49,160 nucleotides of DNA, taken from contig JAQGDQ010001293.1 in the NCBI GenBank assembly GCA_030141605.1, positions 1 to 49,160 of the forward strand. Reading direction: 5' to 3'. Positions 40,326-49,160 of this stretch are shown one piece after another (within the stretch, counting starts at the first letter, position 1; the number at the start of each line of letters is the position of its first letter). A model generated the notes under the pieces. It searched no databases. It worked only from the letters and a program-made list of their open reading frames with translations, and was not told the DNA's origin. Source of the DNA: Tubiluchus corallicola (Eukaryota > Animalia > Priapulida). Both the position numbers and the translations under genes were made by a program.

Positions 40326-40881
40326 CCCTTATAGGGTCACCGAGGGGTAAAAATTACCCCCAGGCCGGTTTTTTGCATTTTACCCTTTTACCATACGCAT
40401 CCCAGTAAACATTTTCTATGACTTTTTCTAAATATGTTTTGTGCACAAAATACTTTCAGTTATTTATTTTAGGCGCCATGTCTCACCACGAAATAAAAGT
40501 GGAAATGCAATATGCCGATTTTTTGAAATTGTCGAACCTTCACTTCGCTTGTCTATACATTATACGGGCGATGTATCTAATAAATTCAAAATAACAATGA
40601 TTTTTGCACACGCGCTAGCAGTGTCGGTTGTCTACAGTTATTCCAGCATAGATAAGGGAACGTAACTAAGTGAATTTAAATTTCGTATTACTAGTAAGTC
40701 ACGTGTCTTTAAGCAGAGGTATAATGTATGCTATGGTGGTCAGTATAACCACAAATTATGCTGTTGCTGTTTACTAATGAAACACGGCGGTTTATCAAAA
40801 GTAATTTACGAATTATGGTGGGGGTAATTTTTAACCCCCGGTTACCAAAATCGGTTGTAAATAATCGTGACCCTAAAAGGG
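40326..40881 (+). mobile_element. piggyBac-like MITE family P2
   Basis: TTAA|CCCTTATAGGGTCAC...GTGACCCTAAAAGGG|TTAA (14 of 15 bp TIR); subterminal ggggtaaaaattacccc motifs. Confidence 0.88.
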
Positions 40882-41949
40882 TTAATATCTGTAAGCTACT
40901 GTCATTCGGTTCAGGATGGATTAAATGATAAATGATTACTAAGTAAGTCACCAGGAAGTATTTAGATGTTTTCGTCTAAAATTAGTATAATACACTTCTG
41001 TATAAAACGTCATTAACATGAATTGACATGAAAAGCTTGTCAGCACAAGTGAGTGAAGGAAGGAACGTGAGATCAAATGCTTAGGAACTTAAACTTAACG
41101 AGTTTTTACCTGTTTACCATCATAAGTTCGTGTTTCAATTAGGAACAGCAGCAGCAGCAGCAGCAGCAGCAATAATAGAAGTGTTCGCGTGATGTTGATC
41201 ATTGGTGTGCGTATGATATTGTTGCATACCGTGGTGTTGCGTCTTGTGCTCAAATTAACGTCGAATCACTTCTTAATGAGCTTCTAATTTTCTTTTAGTG
41301 GAAATTATGTGTAATTTAACCTAATCGTCAATAACATATGAGCTAAGACGAGTTTAAACGAACTACTTTTGAAAGCGTCCGCACTGTGAGTTGAACGGAT
41401 GATTCATCTTTCTCGCACTGGTATTTAACAAAGCTTCGTCCACACGACGACTTTACGCACTAGGTCAGATCACAGGTAAAACCATCTTAATTCAAACTAT
41501 ACGATCAGCACTTCTAATTTATAGTTTAATTTGTTTTGTCATTTGATACTTTTTATTTAGACAGCTGTAAATTTCTTTTAAATAATAAAAAAACTGCTTA
41601 GTTTACGAAAGAGTAACTTAGACCACCCAATCACCGTTCACAAACAATGTTGATAATCCCACCTGCCACTGACTTAAACTATTTTATTCAACCCAATTCC
41701 AGCGTAACACTTTCCTTTACAAGTCACACCTGGACTCTACTTACCTGAATGCCTAAATCTTGTCAAGAATTTTGATCCGCTAATTTAAAATCTGTGACGG
41801 AGAATGTTAACACTTGTATGCTCACTTGTCATGCAAACCACACTTTGCATTCCATTCTAAATGATTCATTTGTACAATTCTTGCTAAAGCTTGGTTTGTA
41901 GTCATTCAGTTTTCACGATTTGGCTGCCTAGTGTGTCCAGTATTATTAA

Positions 41950-42360
41950 AGTACTAGACCCTTCATAAACATAAAGCTTAAAAAATTCGTTTTGACATTT
42001 TATACCACTTACATACTGCCTTTTTACATACAGGACCTTCAATCGGCAGTCACGCTGTATAAAACATGTAAATTTAAACTCCCGCGATGACCGTTAGATG
42101 CAGCTATTTTCACGACAGGTCATTTGAAACAAGTTTAGATAAAATTTTGTAAAGTTTGAAAAATAATCAGAGCACTCGTAGCGCACACGTCACTAACTAC
42201 ATAAAATTTAAAATTACTGTGTCTGGTCAATAAGATTAAAAATACGTTTTTTTGGTTAGTGAGTGGTGCACCCTGGAGGGTGAGTCAGCGACATTTTACC
42301 AATTGGGGAAAACATTTTAAATAATTAATAATTTTCCTTTCTAGTTACATAAATCTTTCT
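41950..42360 (+). mobile_element. Kolobok-like MITE family B, 3'-truncated copy
   Basis: Homology to 25370.. ends at ctagttacataaatctttc. Confidence 0.7.
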
Positions 42361-42682
42361 AGAATTTGCATCAGAATTGGTAATTATATTTATTATAATT
42401 GTACTCGCTGTTTTTCATTGTATGTAATGCGTGTAGATTTTGTTACTAAGTATTTTAAAATATGTTCGTTATCTTTTATTATGTATCTATGTTGTGACGG
42501 ATCATAATTTGTAACTATGTCTATTGTATATGATCGTTGTCGTTCAATGTGTCTCATGCGTTGGATTCTAAATTATATATCTATGTGAATAGGTTTAATA
42601 CGTTGTAAATGCTCTTAGAAATTTTAAACATATCCCTAATAGAGGGAATGCATTATGTACATAGTTTTTAAAAATAAAGAAT

Positions 42683-42831
<149 letters not shown>

Positions 42832-42852
42832 TTTCTCTTTATAAAGTTTATC

Positions 42853-43636
42853 TGTTACGCAGAAGTCAGGCGGTTTCAAGCTTTCAGCTCTGCAGTCAGG
42901 TTATACACTGCAAGAAGCAGGTATGCCTGTGCTCACCTGGTAATTCACCTGGAGTGAATTAGCTCACAGCAGTGAACTGATTGTCAGTGAGAATTCAGGC
43001 GTGTTGTAGAGAAACGCATCGGCTAGAACTCACTCCCCCTCACACGCATTGTGGCTATGGGTGTTGTCTGATGTGCAACTTTCTCGCGTTCGCTCCTTCT
43101 CACACATTTATAGTGTCTTATACTGGTCGTAGTTGAACTAGCTTGTCGTTTGACAGTTATTATTGGACATTGAAAACTGACACCAGCATTATCATCATCG
43201 CCAACACCGTGGGCGCGTTCGCCGTGTGATTTTTGCTGTTTGACGTCGTTGTCAAATTTCGTAGAAGGTTTGTTCTAGAGTTGTGGAATTTTGGACAGCT
43301 GCTGTCTGATAGAGCGAGGTTTTGATATTACCGACAGACAGGTGTCAAAGCTCACCTGTTTGACCTTAACAATCACATCTGAATTCTGTAAGTGTGAGCT
43401 CATAATAAAATAGGGGCAACAATCACGTGTTTTTTTGTGACGGCAACAATAACAAAGAGGATAAAGTGTAAACCTAAACACTTTGGTTTGCTTGAGTGAA
43501 TTTAGTCAACAAAGATTTTTTGCCACCTGTGACTGTTGACAGAGACAGAAGACCTTATTATTGCAGGTATGAACGAAGCTTTTGGTTTTATTAATACATA
43601 ACGTTTTTTGCATTTTACTTTGGTTATTGTGTAACT
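42853..43636. mobile_element. Possible degenerate solo LTR
   Basis: TGTTAC...GTAACT ends with tatc/tatg flanks; both signals are imperfect. Confidence 0.3.
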
Positions 43637-43697
43637 TATGATCCATAAAAGCCCCGCTATTAGCATGACCGCAGCTTCTTAAATCTTAACATTTTAA

Positions 43698-45186
43698 CCC
43701 TTTCATATCCGTTGTATCCCGTGTGATACGAGAATATTTTCTGCCTTTAAAATTAATAAAATTTTAAAACGGACAGTTATTTGATCTGTTAATAGTTATT
43801 TTGATTTAAGCCAATAACAATAGACTAAAAATGGTGATAAAATGGCAAACTAGAAAATCTACATAGCATAAAAAACTGTGCAAGGTACAGTACTTTAGAG
43901 ACGACTTTGTACAGATCAGCATAGCATGCATACTAAATGTCTTAAATACTTTAAAAAATTATCAGCAGTTGCAAAATGAAGCACATCTTATGCTTTTGTT
44001 GTGTTTTTAAAAAAAGTCGGACTTTGTTTTTTTTGCATATGACAAAAAATGTTGTGTATCCCACAGGATACATTGGGAACAAAAGTACCAAGCCAAAAAT
44101 ATTGAAATCCTATTGCATCCATTGCTAGTAACTAGTTCATTATTTGTGTGGGACAAAACAGTTGATTCATCAGTCGGGGTCGTTCTGGAGTAGTTTGCCT
44201 GTTTGCTGTTTTGGCTCAGTAATTTTTAACCGCCTTTTCGCCTTCCCACACAATCCCTGTTTACAGTAAGAGTAAAATCTACAGTATGGAGCTGTAGGCT
44301 TTAGACGGTGTCAATACGCTTCTTGACCAAGATAATCAAGGTAGATTTTTGTGTTTCGTTCTAGTTTTAACATTCACTGTTATTATCAAAGGTGTAATTT
44401 AAAAAAAACGCTAATCACTGGTTGCTTTTCAAGCGCAGTCTTATGTTAATTTTGCCTCAGTGAAATCATTCATTTCAAGGACATTCTTTATGAAGTTTCT
44501 GGTTAGCAACTGTTAGTTGTTTTGTCATGAGATGTGGTTTTCACGAAAACAAGTGAAACGCAGCAGGTGAAAATTTGAAGTTTTAGTGTCAATTTGACGC
44601 TCTGTTTCTTGTGTGTTAGCCAGCAGTGTTATTCATTGTTTACCTCACATAAATGTAAGATTTCTACAATCACTGTTTCAGTGAACAAATGGTTTACTTT
44701 ACATTTGGTCACTGACTGAGAGGTCACTAACCCTTTCAGTCCCAAATTATTTTTTAATAATAAAAAATTTCTTGGCTTAGTACTTTTGTTTAGTATGTCC
44801 ATCTTGTTTACACACAATAATTTTTTTCTACCTGTGCCTGCTTACTAAATATAGCCTGTATCCCAAGGGATACATTGAGATTCAATGGAAGCATAAAATA
44901 TGCTTCATTTTGCAACTGCTGATAATTTTTTAAAGTATTTAAGACATTTAGTATTCATGCTATGCTGATCTGTACAAAGTCCTCTCTAAAGTACTGTACA
45001 TTGCGCAGTTTTTTATGCTATGTAGATTTTCTAGTTTGCCATTTTATCACTATTTTTAGTCTATTGTTATTGGCTTAAATCAAAATAACTATTAACAGAT
45101 CAAATAACTATCAGTTTTAAAATTTTATTTATTTTAAAGGCAGAAAATATTCTCGTATCCCACGGGATACAACGGGTATGAAAGGG
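43698..45186. mobile_element. Composite piggyBac-like P1 structure with ~300-bp inverted termini
   Basis: TTAA|CCCTTTCATATCCGTTGTATCCC...GGGATACAACGGGTATGAAAGGG|TTAA; internal CTAA|CCCTTTCAG left end at 44731. Confidence 0.75.
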
Positions 45187-47264
45187 TTAATGATTATTGC
45201 ATAACGTTGCTGATATTTCAAACGCACTGCATATCGAGGGAAGACCAAAATTAATTTAGCAATTATTAAAATTTATTTTGCAATGGTTCTAGTTGCTAAT
45301 GTGATGGGTAATGTAACGTTCACTGGAATGCTTACTTGCTTAAGCCTACTTTGCTTGAGTTTTCTACAACTGCTGTAGATTTGTACTGTATCGGGTTATG
45401 ATCTGCACACAGTAGCAAAGAACTACCTAGTTCGGGTGAGCAACTGGGTATGTTTTTTCTAATGTAAACTCTGGCATTATTTGTTCTCGTGCTGAATGCT
45501 GTGGCAGGATCGAAACGTTGCTAATAATAAAAGATGTCATTATTTGTCACCAACACAAGATACTGATCCCTATGTTCATGCTTTAGTCGCACTCTGGCAT
45601 GTGAAAATGCACATGAGCGATTCTGGCGGTCAGCCATCTAATTACAAAACAGGTATCAACATAGTTTAACTTAGGTCTTCATAGTGAACGGTCGTGGCAC
45701 ACTTATACCGTTCACTATTTCCTTCACCCTAATACTAAAGTATATTAATGAACTTTTTCTGTGCAACTGTGGCGGACAAAGATTTGGTCCTGGGAAGTTT
45801 ATCAGGTATTCATCTGAATGTCTGACAATGCACACTGTACATTACGGTGTGGAAAACACTCTTTATAACTTTACCTACTTTGTAGGTTTGATGAGATACT
45901 AACATAGGTAAATAGATAGAACACATTACGCTTATAAGTGTGAGAATTACATAGTTGTGGGACAATAAAAACTGAACATGTATCCATAGGACAACACATT
46001 ACGCTTATGAGTATGAGAAGACATGAATGCTTTACTATTATGACAGCCGATACGCCGTAAGCAAGGAAAACCATTTCACGAGATCATTATAGACATTAGG
46101 TGAGCAGATATTACTGAGTGAATTCTACACCTGTACCGTGATGAGAAACTTTCAGTTCCCACGAAGTACGTTCTAGTCCAGTGTGGTTAGCTTGAGTTAC
46201 ATCACATTAACAAGCCAGTATTTTCGCAGGACACTTAATTAACCAGCTGGTTGACAGGCATTTAAGACAAGTAACAAGATTAAGCGAGCGTTAAGTTGAC
46301 AGTTTGCCATTGTTTAACGCTGTAGTTCGACTTAACTACAATGACTTGCGTTTCTCTTTATCAAATAGAACGTACGAACCAAATGGTTTTGTTTTAAATG
46401 TAATACGGCAAATCTAGGCTTCTGGGCCATGCATTAATCAGTTTAGCTTAATGAATATGCAAATATCATTTCACAGCAGTTATGATTTTACTAGAACATC
46501 AAGCAGAGTCTATTGCTTAGGAATCATTTATTTTAATGTAGGCTATAAAAATGTCAATAAATTTTGTTTAACTTTTCTGTAAGGGTCTGCACACACTTGA
46601 GTGTTTCTGTTGTTCTTTTCGATGCATATTTTTGACAGAAACTCTTACCGTATGTCCATCATAATAACTTCAAGACAATAGGGGTTAATACACGCCATTA
46701 AACAATCTAATTTCACTCATTTTTCTTTTTAAATATCCTGTTTTACATCAGTATTTCGTTTGAAAGAGCCAGTCTCGGGTCAACTATTGGTGAATCTCTT
46801 TAATCACGTGATTAAACCTTGCAAAATCCTTAATTATTAAATGATTGATTCCTGTCTAATTGTCTATCCACGTAATTGCTGAACTTCCCGTATCACAGTG
46901 GAGCTCATTAATCTTCCCTGACACTTTCAGTGATTTTCATCGTAGGGAAATTCGGAAGTCAAAGTTCTACTTTCCTTCCTAATCTAGTTCTTGGTTTCAG
47001 TAAAAAGTGTAATTTAGTTATGAGTCAACTTCCAGTATACATACATAGATGGCCCAATATAATTATTGATTTTTGTCAGAGTAGCACTAATTTCAAAATT
47101 TAAACAACTACAGTAAGTCTAATGCGTGTCATTCAGGCATTAAAAAGCAGACTATCGAGTGGAATCCATTCTAATATAATTCATAATCATCAAGAAATAC
47201 ATCTTGCCGGTGTGTATTTAAAAGCACCAGTTCAGCAAAATCGCTTACCACATTTATTGATGTG

Positions 47265-47790
47265 GTTAGTTTAGTTAGTTTAAACATAATTTATTTAGGA
47301 TTGGATCAGACAGTTTGAACTACATGATTTAAGATCGTCACCACAACAGACTATACACACTATTTACAAAAACATTTACAGTAAGAATAGACTATACTTA
47401 GTTTTTAGTATACTTTAGTATACTAAAATTTACTCAGTGATACATTAGACATTAGTAAAAAATGACGGTTAGAAAATATTAATCTACGAATACTTAAGAA
47501 TGATACATTTCATATCAGATAGAAACTACTGTAAGCGTTTAGTACGTAATATAAAGTCATGTATACATTGGAATATTTTACAGTTAACAAAATAGCTAAA
47601 TTCATCTTTAGCGAATAATAACAACTTCAACAGATCATTATTTCCTAAGGCAGCTATATTAAGGTTTTCGGGCAGAAGTATTGCATTTAATTTATCAAAC
47701 ATAACTACCCTAGCTAGTTGATACAATGGGCAGTGCAACAAAAAGTGTTCAACAGACTCAAATCGAAATCTACAGTTACAATTCGGCAAC
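47265..47790 (-). mobile_element. 3' fragment of a LINE (CR1-group-like) with C-terminal CCHC-type motif
   Basis: CNCRFRFESVEHFLLHCPLY...R...LLLF...NCKIFQCIHDFILRTKRL* followed by a UTR ending aataaattatgtttaaactaactaaac. Confidence 0.8.
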
Positions 47791-48852
47791 GTTGGATGGC
47801 CGTTATTATCTTTTACAGCCTTTAGAGATGTGGTTTTAGTTGTGGTTGACACAAACTAAAATGTTGTCATTCTTCGAAACGCTTCCCTAGTGGCACTTAG
47901 ACTGCTGTGTGTGTAGTCTAATTGCCTGCATGAGCATTGAGTAATCTCCACTTTATGAAACGTTGCTTTTAAGTTAACTTTTACGATCCTACAAGAGCAT
48001 TTTATTAGCATGTAAACCGACGAACTTTGCTAATGTTTCCCCGGCTAAAACATCTGGCTGCTTGTTTATTGTTTACGTTTAATTTAAAGCTTTCACTCTG
48101 TGCCCAACAAGTTTATTACTCTGGTTTGGTCTAGGGCACTACTGTGGTCAACTTTCACTCATACGAATAATGTGCTTGGGGCGTCAGAAAGCGAGATTTA
48201 ATAGCCGCCTGCTGTCAAGAAACTGAAATGAAAGGCACCTTCTGAAAGGTGTCACTCTGGGAGATTTACCAATGACAATGAAACCTCAGTGGAGCTTAAT
48301 ATAACTGTAATTAAACATGTGTCCACTGCTTGACCGTTGCCCACTTGGTATTTCCTTCTAGTAAATTCGATTAACTACGCGGCGAGTGTTCGTGGGGATA
48401 AGATGCCTGGGTTCTATTGAATTTATCACTGCCTCGTGACTTGAACTGGTGATTATTATAAGGTATCACCAAATTTTATAATTTTCAGAATTCAGGTTCA
48501 TTTATTTATTTTGCGACAGTTTTCTTTTTCTCTTAAACTGCACACAAAAATCAAGTCAACGCTAGTTTTAAAAAGGCTACAAATTGGTACTTTTTTCAGA
48601 ATTAGCTGGCTATATTTACAGAAAGTGACAAAGAATGTGTCTCGAAGTTTAATAACCCAGGTTAGTCATAAAGTACTGTTTAATGCAGATAATTAAAGCA
48701 TTTGTATGCATAACAATGTAACCCACTACAAACAGTTTTTGCGAAACAGGCTACTTATAGGATCAAAACAAAAGGACTACATACGTACAAACTACGCCTT
48801 CGCTACCGACTGTTTTCTCTATCTTTTTAATTTTGATTCAGATCAGTAACTT

Positions 48853-49095
48853 AATGTAATGTAGTGTAGTGTAGTGTAGTGTAGTGTAGTGTAGTGTAGT
48901 GTAGTGTAGTGTAGTGTAGTGTAGTGTAGTGTAGTGTAGTGTAGTGTAGTGTAGTGTAGTGTAGTGTAGTGTAGTGTAGTGTAGTGTAGTGTAGTGTAGT
49001 GTAGTGTAGTGTAGTGTAGTGTAGTGTAGTGTAGTGTAGTGTAGTGTAGTGTAGTGTAGTGTAGTGTAATGTAATGTAATGTAATGTAATGTAAT
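48853..49095. repeat. (GTAGT)n/(GTAAT)n pentanucleotide repeat
   Basis: Direct reading. Confidence 0.98.
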
Positions 49096-49160
49096 ATAAT
49101 ACAATACATGGACTTTACATGATTAATAACTTCATAACTTCACATGGACTGTATTATTAA

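Overview
Repeat-rich eukaryotic DNA, most likely from an invertebrate animal (inferred from the 5S-like sequence, SINE types and LINE tails). No complete protein-coding gene is present, and nearly all listed ORFs are artefacts of tandem repeats. The dominant structure is a giant inverted duplication: 1..7996 is mirrored at 11549..20010 and may continue past the left window edge. The arms enclose a 3.55-kb spacer holding a probable terminal coding exon, two minisatellites and small mobile elements. Arm identity is patchy, with one MITE much more diverged than its flanks. The window also contains a 5S rRNA-headed SINE family (4 copies), tRNA-headed SINEs, many non-autonomous DNA elements (Tc1/mariner-, hAT-, piggyBac-, Kolobok- and Helitron-like), CR1/L2-type LINE 3' fragments, large minisatellite arrays (36, 39, 40, 42 and 47 bp units) and a candidate first coding exon on the minus strand. 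Identities and copy numbers are by-eye estimates.
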